64,000 nucleotides of DNA, taken from contig NIVC01001159.1 of assembly GCA_002269645.1 (NCBI GenBank), forward strand, positions 361,414 through 425,413, in the 5' to 3' direction. Source of the DNA: Macrostomum lignano (taxonomy: Eukaryota). Positions within the stretch are counted from its first letter, which is position 1. Each line of letters starts with the position of its first letter. The notes beneath the pieces were generated by a model. The model was not told where the DNA came from, did not search any database, and saw nothing but the letters and a program-made list of their open reading frames with translations. Positions 37,480 to 55,705 of the stretch are shown here, piece by piece. The position numbers and the translations under genes were made by a program.

Positions 37480-38040
37480 GTCAGATAAGATTCGGGATCT
37501 GGGATGCCAGTGAAGATTTGGGATGTCAGATTTGGGATCTGGGATGTAAAATTTTGGATCTGGAATGTCAATTTTGGGATCCGGAATGTCAGGTTTGGGA
37601 TCCGGGATGTCAGATTTGGGATCTGGAATGTCAAATTTGGGATCCGGAATGTCAGGTTTGGGATCCGGGATGTCAGATTTGGGATCTGGGATGTCAGATT
37701 TGGGATCCGGGATGTCAGATTTGGGATCCGGGATGTCAGATTTGGGATCCGGGATGTCAGATTTGGGATCCGGGATGTCAGATTTGGGATCCGGGATGTC
37801 AGATTTGGGATCCGGGATGTCAGATTTGGGATCCGAGATTTCAGATTTGGGTCCGGGATGTCAGATTTGGGATCTGGGATGCTAAGGTTTTGTATCTGGA
37901 ATGTCAGATTTTGGGATCTGGGATGCCAGAGATTATTTGGAATCTGGGATGCAAAGATGTGGTATCTGGGGTGTCAGAAGATTTGGAATCTGGGATGCCA
38001 TATTTGGCATCTGGACTGTCAGAGAAGATTTGGGATCTGG
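37480..38040 (+). repeat. 21-bp minisatellite (GGGATGTCAGATTTGGGATCC)n
   Basis: Direct observation. Confidence 0.95.
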
Positions 38041-38556
38041 GAAGTCATTATAAACTGATGTATTCGTAAATGGCCTGTCATCAATATTCTTATCTCAGAC
38101 TGCACTTCAGGTTATAGTACAAGCGCTTGTACTTTATTATGTTTTGCTGTAAATAAACTACTTGACTTGATGGTTTCGCGAATTAATCGATGAGAACTGT
38201 GGATGTTCAAAGCAAGCGCTCATTTGCCAAGAAACAGTATTTTTAATGTTCAAGTTTCGTTTCTTTCTTTAAACTCTGCTGTATTCGTAAATAATTGGTA
38301 AATCAAATAGAGATCTGAATAGGGCTCCGGGCGATATCCTGCAGGCCAACTACTTCAGTATATTCGGTGGCAGAAGCAATGATTATTTATGCCACTGTAT
38401 CCGCATTGCAGGTAGATTACAATTTGGTCTTGTGAAAGTGGTGAGCAAGGCAATTTGCATTCTATTGCAGTCTTGTTCATCTTCATCCGCAAGGTACATG
38501 CTGCTTAAAATAATATTGTTACGATGTATTTTGGCGGCAGAAGGGGGGCAAGGGGT

Positions 38557-39392
38557 ACTAGAGCGGCTGAGGGAAACGGGGTGTTTGTGGACAAGGGGTA
38601 TTAGAGCGGCTGAGGGAAACGGGGTGTTTGGGGGCAAGGGGCATTAGAGCGGCTGAGGGAAACGGGGTGTTTGTGGACAAGGGGTATTAGAGCGGCTGAG
38701 GGAAACGGGGTGTTTGGGGGCAAGGGGCATTAGAGCGGCTGAGGGAAACTGGGTGTTTGGGGACAAGGGGCATTAGAGCGGCTGAGGGAAACGGGGTGTT
38801 TGGGGACAAGAGGGATTAGAGCGGCTGAGGGAAACGGGGTGTTTGGGGACAAGGGGCATTAGAGCGGCTGAGGGAAACGGGGTGTTTGGGGACAAGGGGC
38901 ATTAGAGCGGCTGAGGGAAACGGGGTGTTTGGGGACAAGAGGTATTAGAGCGGCTGAGGGAAACGGGGTGTTTGGGGACAAGAGGTATTAGAGCGGCTGA
39001 GGGAAACGGTGTTTAGGGACAAGGGGTATTAGAGCGGCTGAGGGAAACGGGGTGTTTGGGGACAAAAGTATTAGAGCGGCTGAGGGAAACGGGGTGTTTG
39101 GGGACAAGGGGTATTACAGCGGCTGAGGGAAACGGGGTGTTTGGGGACAAGGGGTATTACAGCGGCTGAGGGAAACGGGGTGTTTGTGGACAAGGGGTAT
39201 CAGAGCGGCTGAGGGAAACGGGGTGTTTGTGGACAAGGGGTATCAGAGCGGCTGAGGGAAACGGGGTGTTTGGGGACAAGGGGTATCAGAGCGGCTGAGG
39301 GAAACGGGGTGTTTGGGGACAAGGGGTATCAGAGCGGCTGAGGGAAACGGGGTGTTTGGGGACAAGGGGTATTAGAGCGGCTGAGGGAAACG
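38557..39392 (+). repeat. 43-bp G-rich minisatellite x ~19 (ATTAGAGCGGCTGAGGGAAACGGGGTGTTTGGGGACAAGGGG[C/T])
   Basis: Direct observation; four G-runs per unit. Confidence 0.96.
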
Positions 39393-39629
39393 CGTGTTTT
39401 GGGGGCAGGGGCTTGGGTGCTCCAGGTACTCTACAGTGATTAAATGTCGAGAGGCATCAATCTTGTCCGTGCAACGGGTATTAAATAAATACCCATGGCC
39501 AGTTGCCGTTGCTTATTTTATTTATTTCATGGGTTGTTTTAACAATGTCGCATGTCGGTGCTTTAAGATGTGGTTAAGTTTTAAATCAAACGCAAGTTGT
39601 CAAATTTCGATGTCAATCTTCTTTGGTCC

Positions 39630-41072
39630 TCAACCGGTTTCTTCATCGTTGCAAACTGCATCGTTAAACAGCGATGGGAGCAGATTTGGATGCAGTACTT
39701 CTTCATCCTCATCATCGTCCCCAATAAGCTCGCATCGGATTGAGTTATTGCAAACTTCTTCGGTCGGAGTGGCGTGAACGATAAAGTCTATTCGGTTCTC
39801 CAGGGTTTTGGTGCCTCCACCGCTGCGGAACGGCCCTGCTGTGCTGCTGCTCCCGCGGCGGTATGCAGCTGGCGCGTTGCGGCGCGCCGCCATCCGGACA
39901 CTGGCTTGATAGGCAATGAAATCCGACACTGACGAGCTCAGAAGCACCTGGTCATCTACCGTCAGTTGCTTGTCCCCATCGTCAGCCTGACGGTGACTGG
40001 CGAAGCTTTCCAAAGCCTGAAGTTCGCAGGCTTCGGCCAAGTCGCTGTCGACCATAGAGACGGTCTCGCACTGCCGCATGCAGCAGCGGCCAACTCGGGC
40101 AAGAAGCTCCTTCAGATCGTTCCAGAAGTCTTGGCAGCAGGCGTAGAGCACCGGATTGCAGGCGCTGTTTAGGTAGCCCATGGCGGTGGTCAAGTGAAGC
40201 ATCACAATCTGAGTGTGCTGGGGTATGAGGCTTCTCGAGGCTAATTCAACTTGTATCCAATAGAGCAGTGAGCAGGCAAAGTTTAGTAAAATAATTGCCG
40301 TCACTACTCGGCTGACGCGGTCCAGCAGCTTTTGGCTCTGTTTTGCTACTTTTTTCACCTTTTTCACCTTGGCAATCAGCGTGCGAACAATGAAGGCGTA
40401 GAAGATGACCAGCAGCACAAATGGCAGGATGCCGCAGGCAGCGAACATGGCCTTCCTGGCCAGGGCCAGACTGGGATAGTGACTGACCAGCTTAGAATCG
40501 AAGGTCTGCTCGCTGATCACCAGCGAGACATTGAATGCAGCGGCATGGCTCGTGCTGACTTTGTGGCCGCAGTTCTGCCGAACCGATTTGCTGGTTGAGT
40601 TCAGCTTAATCGACATCATCAGTCTGGAGTGCACGGCCATTGGACTCACCACTACAGCGCTGAGGAGCCACAGAGCTGTGAGCAGGCCCCACACGAAGCG
40701 GCTGCTGCGTAGTGTTGCGGCAAACTGCGGCTTCACCACGCTGATGTAGCGGTCGAATGCCATGGCGGTGACGATGAAGATCCCGGCTGTCCAGTTGACG
40801 TAGTGCATCGCGTGATAGATGGCGCATCCTGGCAGGCCCCAGGCCCAGCTGTCCACCTCGGCCATGTAGACCATGGGCAGAATTCCCAGCAGGTGAAGAA
40901 TGTCCGCCAAGGCCAGATGGCCCAGGTAGATGCGCAGCGCTGTGTGCAACTTGGACTTCCGGACTAAAATGATCGTGGCGAGTACGACAGCGTTGCCCAG
41001 AATGCCCAAGGCGCTCAGAATGCCCAGCAACTTCCAGACGACTTTCATGCCGTTAATCATCGATTCCGACAT
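39630..41072 (-). CDS. Intronless class A (rhodopsin-like) GPCR, peptide-receptor type (somatostatin/opioid/allatostatin-C-like), 480 aa
   Basis: Seven hydrophobic segments with GN (TM1), LALAD (TM2), W.WG..GC (ECL1), FDRY (TM3), LP..L..IFY (TM5), NSACNPVLY (TM7), CC palmitoylation-like sites and a Ser/Thr-rich tail. Subfamily assignment is tentative. Confidence 0.92.
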   Translation of the reverse strand: MSESMINGMKVVWKLLGILSALGILGNAVVLATIILVRKSKLHTALRIYLGHLALADILHLLGILPMVYMAEVDSWAWGLPGCAIYHAMHYVNWTAGIFIVTAMAFDRYISVVKPQFAATLRSSRFVWGLLTALWLLSAVVVSPMAVHSRLMMSIKLNSTSKSVRQNCGHKVSTSHAAAFNVSLVISEQTFDSKLVSHYPSLALARKAMFAACGILPFVLLVIFYAFIVRTLIAKVKKVKKVAKQSQKLLDRVSRVVTAIILLNFACSLLYWIQVELASRSLIPQHTQIVMLHLTTAMGYLNSACNPVLYACCQDFWNDLKELLARVGRCCMRQCETVSMVDSDLAEACELQALESFASHRQADDGDKQLTVDDQVLLSSSVSDFIAYQASVRMAARRNAPAAYRRGSSSTAGPFRSGGGTKTLENRIDFIVHATPTEEVCNNSIRCELIGDDDEDEEVLHPNLLPSLFNDAVCNDEETG

Positions 41073-41544
41073 TTGCTGTTTTTAGTTGGTTCGTTCTTTG
41101 TGTCTGAATCTTGATTGATTGATTGAATTTTGAGGCAGCTTGTCGGCCGTGGGTCGCAAATTTTTCCTTTTTTATCTTACCCTCAAGTGGGAGAACTGTT
41201 TGATTGGGCAGGTATTCAAGCTCTGATTTGCCGGCAAGAATTTCACTTTTCAGGTGATAAGCTATCAACGGTAATCCTTTTATACGAGCGTATTTATTAA
41301 GCCGTTCCCGATCTCATGGGCCAAAAGTTTAAACTAAACTACGGATTAGGGGTATTTTCAGGGTGTCGGGTGCGGGGTGCTTTTGAGGAAAGTTGTGGTC
41401 GCTTTTTGGTCTATAGTTACTGGTTAAGGCAGCGGCCCCTCCCCCAATCGCCCACATTAAAATGCGCTCCTCCAAGAACTAAAGAAAAAAGCATCCAAGC
41501 TGAACGAATGGCAAGAGCTCAATTTTGCCACCTACCACTCTTGG

Positions 41545-42375
41545 AGGCAGAGACAAGGGCGCTAGTCCAGAGACAGGGCGCCAACCCAGAGACAAGGGCG
41601 CCAACCCAGAGACAGGGGCGCCAACCCAGAGACAGGGGCGCCAACCCAGAGACAGGGGCGCCAACCCAGAGACAAGGGCGCCAACCCAGAGACAGGGGCG
41701 CCAACCCAGAGACAAGGGCGCCAACCCAGAGACAAGGGCGCCAACCCAGAGACAGGGCGCCAACCCAGAGACAGGGGCGCCAACCCAGAGACAAGGGCGC
41801 CAACCCAGAGACAGGGGCGCCAACCCAGAGACAAGGACGCCAACCCAGAGACAGGGGCGCCAACCCAGAGACAAGGGCGCCAACCCAGAGACAAGGGCGC
41901 CAACCCAGAGACAAGGGCGCCAACCCAGAGACAAGGGCGCCAACCCAGAGACAAGGGCGCCAACCCAGAGACAGGGGCGCGAACCCAGCGATAGGAGCGC
42001 CAACCCAGAGACAGGGGCGCCAACCCAGGGACAGGGGCGCCAACCCAGAGACAGGGGCGCCAACCCAGAGACAGGGGCGCCAACCCAGAGACAGGGGTGC
42101 CAACCCAGAGACAGGGGTGCCAACCCAGAGACAGGGGCGCGAACCCAGAGACAGGAGCGCCAACCCAGAGACAGGGCGCCAACCCAGAGACAGGGGCGCC
42201 AACCCAGAGACAGGGCGCCAACCCAGAGACAGGAGCGCCAACCCAGCGATAGGAGCGCCAACCCAGAGACAGGGGCGCCAACCCAGGGACAGGGGCGCCA
42301 ACCCAAAGACAGGGGCGTTCACCAAGAGACAGAGGCGCCCACCAAGAGACAGGGCGCCCACCAAGAGACAGGGAC
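41545..42375 (+). repeat. 20-bp minisatellite (GCCAACCCAGAGACAGGGGC)n
   Basis: About 40 units. Confidence 0.96.
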
Positions 42376-42934
42376 GCCCAACAACAGACCAGCACCCTCA
42401 ACAGTGGCTATGTTGGCTGGAGTCTGAGTTTCTTGATTTCATCATTTTCTCAACTTCAAGCACCTCCGACGAAACGTCCCCTAAGCCTCCCTGTCTGTAA
42501 TTACCGAATCACCGGTAAGCCAATCTGGGCGGAGCCTGATGCAGCAACCGGTCACATTTTTAACAAAGATTTTGCGGGCCGGAGACTCTGGAATTATGGG
42601 ACAATTTCTGCTGACTACCCCGACTACTTGCATGTTCCCTAATTCCAAAGATTTCCCATTTCAATCGAATCTCTATCAGAGGGGAGGCCCGAGCGAAGAT
42701 GCTCGATGATTTTCAAAAAAATTACACCCGACAAAAATACGAAATCTCGAAGGAAAGTTTTTCCAGGAGACTACTGAAAGTAGGAGTTACACGTTAGGAA
42801 ATGTTTGAATTTAAGTAGGGAATTTTTGTTTATATTTCTTGAATTGTAGGTTTCAGATTCGGCTGCATTTTGCTCACTAACTGATATTTGAGTGCAGCCC
42901 TATGAGTTTTTCTAAGCACAAAATATCTAAACGC

Positions 42935-43420
42935 TACAATGTCAGTCTAAACGCTAAAATTTCAATCTAAGCACCACAATGTCAGTATAAGCACCACAAT
43001 GTCAGTCTAAGCACCACAATGTCAGTCTATGCACCACAATGTCAGTCTATGCACCACAATGTCAATATCTAAGCACCACAATGTCAGTATCTAAGCACCA
43101 CAATGTCAGTATCTAAGCACCACAATGTCAGTATCTAAGCATCACAATGTCAGTCTATGCACCACAATGTCAGTATCTAAGCACCACAATGTCAGTCTAT
43201 GCACCACAATGTCAGTATCTATGCACCACAATGTCAGTATCTAAGCACCACAAATGTCAGTATCTAAGCACCACAATGTCAGTATCTATGCACCACAATG
43301 TCAGTATCTATGCACCACAATGTCAGTATCTAAGCACCACAAATGTCAGTATCTAAGCACCACAATGTCAGTACCTAAGCACCACAATATCAGTATCTAA
43401 GCACCACAATGTCAGTCTAA
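42935..43420 (+). repeat. 20-22-bp minisatellite (AAGCACCACAATGTCAGTATCT)n
   Basis: Direct observation. Confidence 0.95.
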
Positions 43421-44139
43421 GCTACCAAAACTACGCTATAGCTCCAACTGTAGCTGTACACTATACTCAGTGTGTTAAATAGCTTTCCCCTATCACGGTT
43501 TACAAGTAGATACGAGTAGATGGAATAAAACAGTGGCGCCAATTCAATCAGCAGTTTTAGGAGAGTAAAGAAATAGGGGGGGGGGGGTGACTATGCTGCA
43601 GTGATGTGGCAAAACTGGGGAAGCTGGGAGCTCATGTAAAACCAAGGAGACCAGTTACGGATATCTGAAGAAGCTACGAGGCCAGCGCTGCATGCTAAAG
43701 AAACAGATTAATTCTGTGCATGAATTGTTTTTGAGCTGTAAAATCAAAATCAGACCAAGTTTACACAAGTGATTCAGCAGAACTTTAGTTGTTATTCTGT
43801 AAACTGAGGAACTGCGCGCTGTCCTTAGAGTTGGCACTCCAGACCTCGGCTCTGGGCCTCCTCGGCGGAGGCTGCATAAAATTCGGCCATTATTGATCGA
43901 GGCTCGACTGACGCCTTGCCGGAGGGTTGGAATTGGATTCTGCGGAACTCAGCACGCAGCCTCCCTCCTGCTTCTGGCGTGTTAATGTTGTCTGCACTGC
44001 TATGGAGCTGCTTGGCTGTGAGCTGCTTATGCCTGAGAATTTTCTTCATTACTAAAGGGTCATTGTTAACCCTAAGATGGGTTGATTTAAATTAGAGACT
44101 ATTTTCCAGACAAACTACTCTTATAGTCTTATTAGATCA

Positions 44140-44875
44140 TTCTCAAAGGACGCTTTTCAAAGTGCGATTTTCAGAGCGATTCTTAAAAGGCGTTTCTCAG
44201 AGGACGATTCTCAAAAAAACAATTCTCAGGGGGCGATTCTCAAAGAGCGATTCTCAAAAGGCGATTCTCAAAGGACAATTATAAAAGGGCGATTCTCAAA
44301 GAACGATTCTCAGGGGGGCGATTCTCAAAGGGCGATTCTCAAAGGGCGATTCTCAAAGGGCGATTCTCAAAGGGCGGTTCTCAGAGGGCGATTCTCAAAA
44401 GGACAATTCTAAAAGGGCGATTCTCAAAGAGCGATTCTCAGGGGCGATTCTCAGGGGGGCGATTCTCAAAGGGCGATTCTCAAAGGGCGATTCTCAAAGG
44501 GCGATTCTCAAAGGGCGATTCTCAAAGGGCGATTCTCAAAGGGCGGTTCTCAGAGGGCGATTCTCAAAAGGACAATTCTAAAAGGGCGATTCTCAAAGAG
44601 CGATTTTCAGGGGCGATTCTCAGGGGGCGATAATGAACGGGCGATTCTTAAAAAACGATTCTCTGGTGGCGATTCTAAAAGGGCGATTCTCAAAGAGCGA
44701 TTCTCAGGGGGCGATTCTCAAAAAGACAATTATAAAAGGGCGATTCTCAAAAAGCGATTTTCAGGGGCGAGCGATTCTTAGCGGCGATTCTCAGGGGGCG
44801 ATAATAAACGGGCGATTCTTAAAGAACGATTCTCTCGGGGCGATTCTCAAAGGAAGATTCTCATAGAACGATTCT
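44140..44875 (+). repeat. 14-bp minisatellite (GGGCGATTCTCAAA)n
   Basis: Direct observation; degenerate flanks. Confidence 0.93.
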
Positions 44876-45544
44876 CGGGGGGGGGGGCGATTTTCCGATT
44901 TGTATTTAACGAACGAAGTTTATTCGTTAAATCCATATTTTCCCATGAGAATTGTTCAATTAAACTAAGCATTTCGAAATTAAAGCACTGGGGAAATCAC
45001 CATGGCAACCTCGTGCTGAACTGCTTTCAAGTGAGTTGGTTGAGCACACAACTGGTTCTAATGGGAACCATTTATAACAAATATATGGAGCCCAATAATT
45101 GTGAAGTGTTTACAATGAGGAGAGCCTGAAACATTGGCCAGATTTCCATCCGCAGTGTCAACACGGCAGGTTTTGTAGCAAAAAAGCAGCAATGCCAATA
45201 CAGACTGGCATATTGCGACTGTTTGACTGACTTCTCTTCACTGGAGGCAAACAGCCAGCCGGTCTGGAGGGTGCCGGCGGGGAGGTCACGTGACCCTCTT
45301 GAACGAATGAAAATACGCGCTCTCTCTGCAGAGTAACGAGCCACAACGAAATTAAGCTTGACTCTGTTAAAAGCAAGATATTTCGTTTGAGTCTTTGAAA
45401 TTAGGAAACCAACAAGCAGCTGTGAGCATGGAGAGATGTAGGGCGAGCGTGGAGAGATGTAGGGCGAGCGTGGAGATATGTAGGGCGAGTGGCATGAAAG
45501 CAAAACTATTGCAGGAGAGACGAGCAGAGAAGAGGAAAAGAGCT

Positions 45545-46680
45545 TCCAAGGAGAAGAGCGGAGAAGAGCGGAGAAGAGCGAAGATAAGCGGAGAAGAGCG
45601 GAGAAGAGCGGAGATAAGCGGAGAAGAGCGGAGATAAGCGGAGAAGAGCGGAGAAGAGCGAAGATAAGCGGAGACGAGCGGAGAAGAGCGGAGAAGAGCG
45701 GAGAAGAGCGAAGATAAGCGGAGATAAGCGGAGATAAGCGGAGAAGAGCGGAGAAGAGCGGAGAAGAGCGGAGAAGAGCGGAGAACAGCGGAGATAAGCG
45801 GAGAAGAGCGGAGAAGAGCGAAGATAAGCGGAGACGAGCGGAGAAGAGCGGAGAAGAGCGGAGAAGAGCGAAGATAAGCGGAGAAGAGCGGAGAAGAGCG
45901 AAGATAAGCGGAGACGAGCGGAGAAGAGCGGAGAAGAGCGGAGAAGAGCGAAGATAAGCGGAGAAGAGCGGAGATAAGCGGAGAAGAGCGGAGAAGAGCG
46001 GAGAAGAGCGGAGAAGAGCGGAGAAGAGCGGAGATAAGCGGAGGAGAGCGGAGAAGAGCGAAGATAAGCGGAGACGAGCGGAGAAGAGCGGAGAAGAGCG
46101 GAGAAGAGCGAAGATAAGCGGAGAAGAGCGGAGAAGAGCGAAGATAAGCGGAGACGAGCGGAGAAGAGCGGAGAAGAGCGGAGAAGAGCGAAGATAAGCG
46201 GAGAAGAGCGGAGATAAGCGGAGAAGAGCGGAGAAGAGCGGAGATAAGCGGAGAAGAGCGGAGAAGAGCGGAGATAAGCGGAGAAGAGCGGAGATAAGCG
46301 GAGAAGAGCGGAGAAGAGCGGAGATAAGCGGAGAAGAGCGGAGAAGAGCGGAGATAAGCGGAGAAGAGCGGAGAAGAGCGGAGATAAGCGGAGACGAGCG
46401 GAGAAGAGCGGAGAAGAGCGAAGATAAGCGGAGAAGAGCGGAGATAAGCGGAGAAGAGCGGAGATAAGCGGAGAAGAGCGGAGATAAGCGGAGAAGAGCG
46501 GAGAAGAGCGGAGATAAGCGGAGAAGAGCGGAGATAAGCGGAGAAGAGCGGAGATAAGCGGGGAAGAGCGGAGATAAGCGGAGAAGAGCGGAGATAAGCG
46601 GAGAAGAGCGGAGATAAGCGGAGAAGAGCAGAGAAGAGCAGAGAAGAACGAAGAAGAGCAGGAGGAGAGCGGCGAAGAAG
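45545..46680 (+). repeat. 10-bp repeat (GCGGAGAAGA / GCGGAGATAA / GCGAAGATAA)n
   Basis: About 110 units with higher-order variant patterns. Confidence 0.97.
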
Positions 46681-47721
46681 AGTGGATATTGCAAGGACAA
46701 AACAAAGAGGAGTCGCTGTCTCCCATGCGGCGGCAGGCACACTGCGGAGCGAAAGCTCACTGGCTGGGCCACTCTCAGAGGTGCAAGCATGCAGAACCCT
46801 ACCCGTCTACATGACCAGATGGCCCCAAGGGCCAGTGCAGTTATTGATCCAGAGTTGTATCGCGAGAGCAAGTTCAAGATCTGTCTGTCTGTCTGCTCAA
46901 GTTCGCGCAAGAGAAAGGTCACACAGACCGCACAGTTGACGGCTCATCTTAGATAGGGACACAATATATATTGGCCAGTCATTAACACCTGGCCAGGTAG
47001 ATGGCATATAGGGCATTGAATGGGATCTATTCATTACTATGCATATGCTCGAAGGACAGACAGATGCTTAAGTGCCGGGAGATCCCCACTTCAAACAAAT
47101 TGGAACCCTATAGAGACGTTGGTTCCGGCGGCTGTGCCTTGGGGGGAGGGGGAGCGAAGCAAAACTCGAAGTTTTGGAATTTGAGAAAAGTTTCAAAGTG
47201 TCTGCATTAGCTTACCTGAGTTAGTTATTAATTTATTGAAAATTTCTAGTTTAATCACTCCTGTAATAGAATTTATCCCCAAGCCCTTCGAGTTATTAGG
47301 CTATAAATCCTTATTGGCGCCGCGTGTCAATAAATGATTTGCAGATGTTTGAATATTAATTTCTGTCCCTGCAGTCTCCAGTGCACACAATCTATCTATA
47401 TAGAGCTATGAGCCCTTGCGGCGGTTTTCTAACAAGCATTTTATATATCGAACCAGTTGGAGACTGCAAGCAGACGCTACTTAAGTATGCGAGGCGGACT
47501 GCATTGAGCAGATATGAGATGAACGAACAAACTCAAGAAAAAGCATTTCCGCAAACACCCGTTCTCTAATCCCATCCGATCTGAACCATACATTGAACTG
47601 TGTTTGTGTCTGTGTTCGATTTTCAACGGTCATTGAGCAAAGCTGACAAATATTTGGCCAGCCGGGTTGCGAACTTGCGCAACCAATTCATGTAATTATA
47701 GGCACTTGATTGCTCTAGCCT

Positions 47722-48200
47722 GACCTCTCCTCTCCTCTCCTCTCCTCTCCTCTCCTCTCCTCTCCTCTCCTCTCGTCTCCTCTCGTCTCCTCTCCTCTCC
47801 TCTCCTCTCCTCTCGTCTCCTCTCCTCTCCTCTCTTCTCCTCTCCTCTCCTCTCCTCTCCTCTCCTCTCCTCTCCTCTCCTCTCCTCTCCTCTCCTCTCC
47901 TCCCCTCTCCTCTCCTCTCCTCTCCTCTCCTCTCCTCTCCTCTCCTCTCCTCTCCTCTCCTCTCCTCTCCTCTCCTCTCCTCTCCTCTCTCTCCTCTCCT
48001 CTCCTCTCCTCTCCTCTCCTCTCCTCTCCTCTCCTCTCCTCTCCTCTCCTCTCCTCTCCTCTCCTCTCCTCTCCTCTCCTCTCCTCTCCTCTCCTCTCGT
48101 CTCCTCTCGTCTCCTCTCCTCTCCTCTCCTCTCCTCTCCTCTCCTCTCCTCTCCTCTCCTCTCCTCTCCTCTCCTCTCCTCTCCTCTCCTCTCCTCTCCA
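47722..48200 (+). repeat. (CTCCT)n polypyrimidine pentamer microsatellite
   Basis: About 95 units. Confidence 0.98.
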
Positions 48201-48827
48201 ATCTTATCTTATCCTCTCCTCTCTTACCTCTCTTCTCCTCCTTCACTTTCCCTCTCCTCTCTTCTCCCATCTCTCTTTTCTTGATTTATTTAACTCTCTT
48301 CGCTCTCCACTCCCGTCTCAGTACATGCATCTTTATTATCTGCGTGTCCTATAGACATTCTTTCCTACAGCATATTTCTTAGAGAGAGCCTTTCTTTACC
48401 TATTTTACCTATAAATGGCCCCATTTATTGTTAACCTATCCGATACTGATCTTCTATATATGCGAGCAACATGTGGTGAGTTGAAGCATTTGCAAGGCCT
48501 CGTATGCTCGTAGATTCCACGTTTTTTATCTGATTAGCTGGTTAGCTATTAGCCATTCTATACACTGCAGTAGCAATAGCAATAATATCCATATTTAAAA
48601 TAGAATTCACCCTCGGACATGTCTTTGGCTCGGAGCGTCTATAATTGTGCCTCTGCGACTGTATGTTCCTCAATTGCTTTGACCCCCCCCCAGAAGGCAG
48701 ATAGATGCCATTCATTTATCTATCCTAACTGATTGTTCTGCTTGGTTATCTAGATATGATAACCCTTACTGTCTTGCCGGCGCCAATGTCTAACTCTATC
48801 TTGTATCCAGGAGTATATCTAAATGAC

Positions 48828-49945
48828 GAAAATATCTATCTGAATGATGCCCAATATCTATATCTGAATGACGCCAATATCTACATCTGAATGACGCCAA
48901 TATGTATATCTGAATGACGCCAATATCTATATCTGAATGACGCCAATATCTATACCCGAATGACGCCAATATCTATATCTGAATGATTCCCAATATCTAT
49001 ATCTGAATGACGCCAATATCTACATCTGAATGACGCCAATATGTATATCTGAATGACGCCAATATCTATATCTGAATGACGCCAATATCTATACCCGAAT
49101 GACGCCAATATCTATATCTGAATGATTCCCAATATCTATATCTGAATGATTCCCAATATCTATATCTGAATGATTCCCAATATCTATATCCGAATGACGC
49201 CAATATCTACATCTGAATGACGCCAATATCTACATCTGAATGACGCCAATATCTACATCTGAATGACGCCAATATCTACATCTGAATGATTCCTAATATC
49301 TATATCTGAGTGACGCCAATATCTATATCTGAATGACGCCAATATCTATATCTGAATGATTCCCAATATCTATATCTGAATGATTCCCAATATCTATATC
49401 TGAATGATTCCCAATATCTATATCCGAATGACGCCAATATCTACATCTGAATGACGCCAATATCTACATCTGAATGACGCCAATATCTACATCTGAATGA
49501 CGCCAATATCTACATCTGAATGATTCCTAATATCTATATCTGAGTGACGCCAATATCTATATCTGAATGACGCCAAATATCTACATCTGAATGACGCCAA
49601 TATGTATATCTGAGTGACGCCAATATCTATATCTGAGTGACGCCAATATCTATACCCGAATGACGCCAATATCTATATCTGAATGATTCCCAATACTATA
49701 TCTGAATGATTCCCAATATCTATACCCGAATGACGCCAATATCTATATCCGAATGACGCCAATATCTACATCTGAATGACGCCAATATCTAAATCTGAAT
49801 GACGCCAATATCTATATCTGAGTGACGCCAATATCTATATCTGAGTGACGCCAATGTCTATATTTAAATGACGCCAATGTCTATATTTAAATGACGCCAA
49901 TGTCTATATCTGAGTGACGCCCATATCTATATCTGAATGACGCCA
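48828..49945 (+). repeat. 23-bp minisatellite (GAATGACGCCAATATCTATATCT)n upstream of Nkx2.1
   Basis: About 48 units ending ~300 nt before the ATG. Confidence 0.96.
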
Positions 49946-50049
49946 AAATCCATCTCTCATACTCAGGTGGGGCGCCAGTTGAATCAGAAGAGCTCTGAGC
50001 ACAATGCAGATAAAGACGCGATTCCCTCCCTCTATTCTATTTCTCTGAT

Positions 50050-50216
50050 CACCGCCCCTCATTGGCTGCGACCCGAGCCACTAGGGAGGCCTTCACTGGT
50101 CTGGCGGCTGGAGGGGGGTGGGCGGGCGTCCCCTTCTCTACTCCACCCGACACCCTTGAAGTGGCAGCAATCAGTGAGTCCAGTTCGCAGGTCTATGCTC
50201 AGAGAAATTTATAATA
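50050..50216 (+). promoter_or_regulatory. Candidate proximal promoter of Nkx2.1
   Basis: GC-box-like ACCGCCCC and GGGCGGG, inverted CCAAT (ATTGG, ~50061) and TTTATAAT (~50208), ~40 nt before the ATG at 50252. Confidence 0.4.
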
Positions 50217-50251
50217 CAGTCCTGGTCCGCTATTCGCAATAAACCAGTTGG

Positions 50252-54998
<4,747 letters not shown>

Positions 54999-55159
54999 TG
55001 AAGACTCGACGACTGCGCAAGTGAAGGCGTTGGTTGGTTTCCATGGTTACAAAGCGACAAGTTTTTCGATGTATTCAAAATGATCTCCTTGAGCAATTAT
55101 CTCCGATATGTGTCTTAAATCCGCGCTCGCTTGTGTGCAATCAGCATCAAAAAAATATA

Positions 55160-55705
55160 AACAGACTTTCCCTAGATCCTTGATAGACATTCCCTTTAGA
55201 TCCTTGATAGACATTCCCTCTAGATCCTTGATAGACATTCCCCCTAGATCCATGATAGACATTCCCTTTAGATCCTTGATAGACATTCCCTTTAGATCCT
55301 TGATAGACATTCCCCCTAGATCCATGATAGACATTCCCTTTAGATCCTTGATAGACATTCCCTCTAGATCCTTGATAGGCATTCCCCCTAGATCCATGAT
55401 AGACATTCTCTCTAGATCCTTGATAGACATTCCCTTTAGATCCTTGATAGACATTCCCTCTAGATCCTTGATAGACATTCCCTCTAGATCCTACATAGAC
55501 ATTCCCTCTAGATCCTTGATAGACATTCTCTCTAGACCATAAATAGACATTCCCTCTAGATCCCAGATAGATATTCCCTCTAGATCCTTGATAGACATTT
55601 TCTCTAGATCATAAGTAGACATTCCCTCTAGAACACAGATAGATATTCCCTCTAGATCCTAGATAGACATTCCCTCTAGATCCTTAATAGACATTTCCTC
55701 TAAAT
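55160..55705 (+). repeat. 24-bp minisatellite (GATAGACATTCCCTCTAGATCCTT)n
   Basis: About 22 units downstream of the Nkx2.1 stop. Confidence 0.95.

Noticed and set aside
46720-46860. RTE-like LINE C-terminal fragment (AHWLGHSQR...PDGPKG); also a CR1-like tail near 61100-61200 (minus)
   Set aside because: The similarity is too short and degenerate to support without a profile search.
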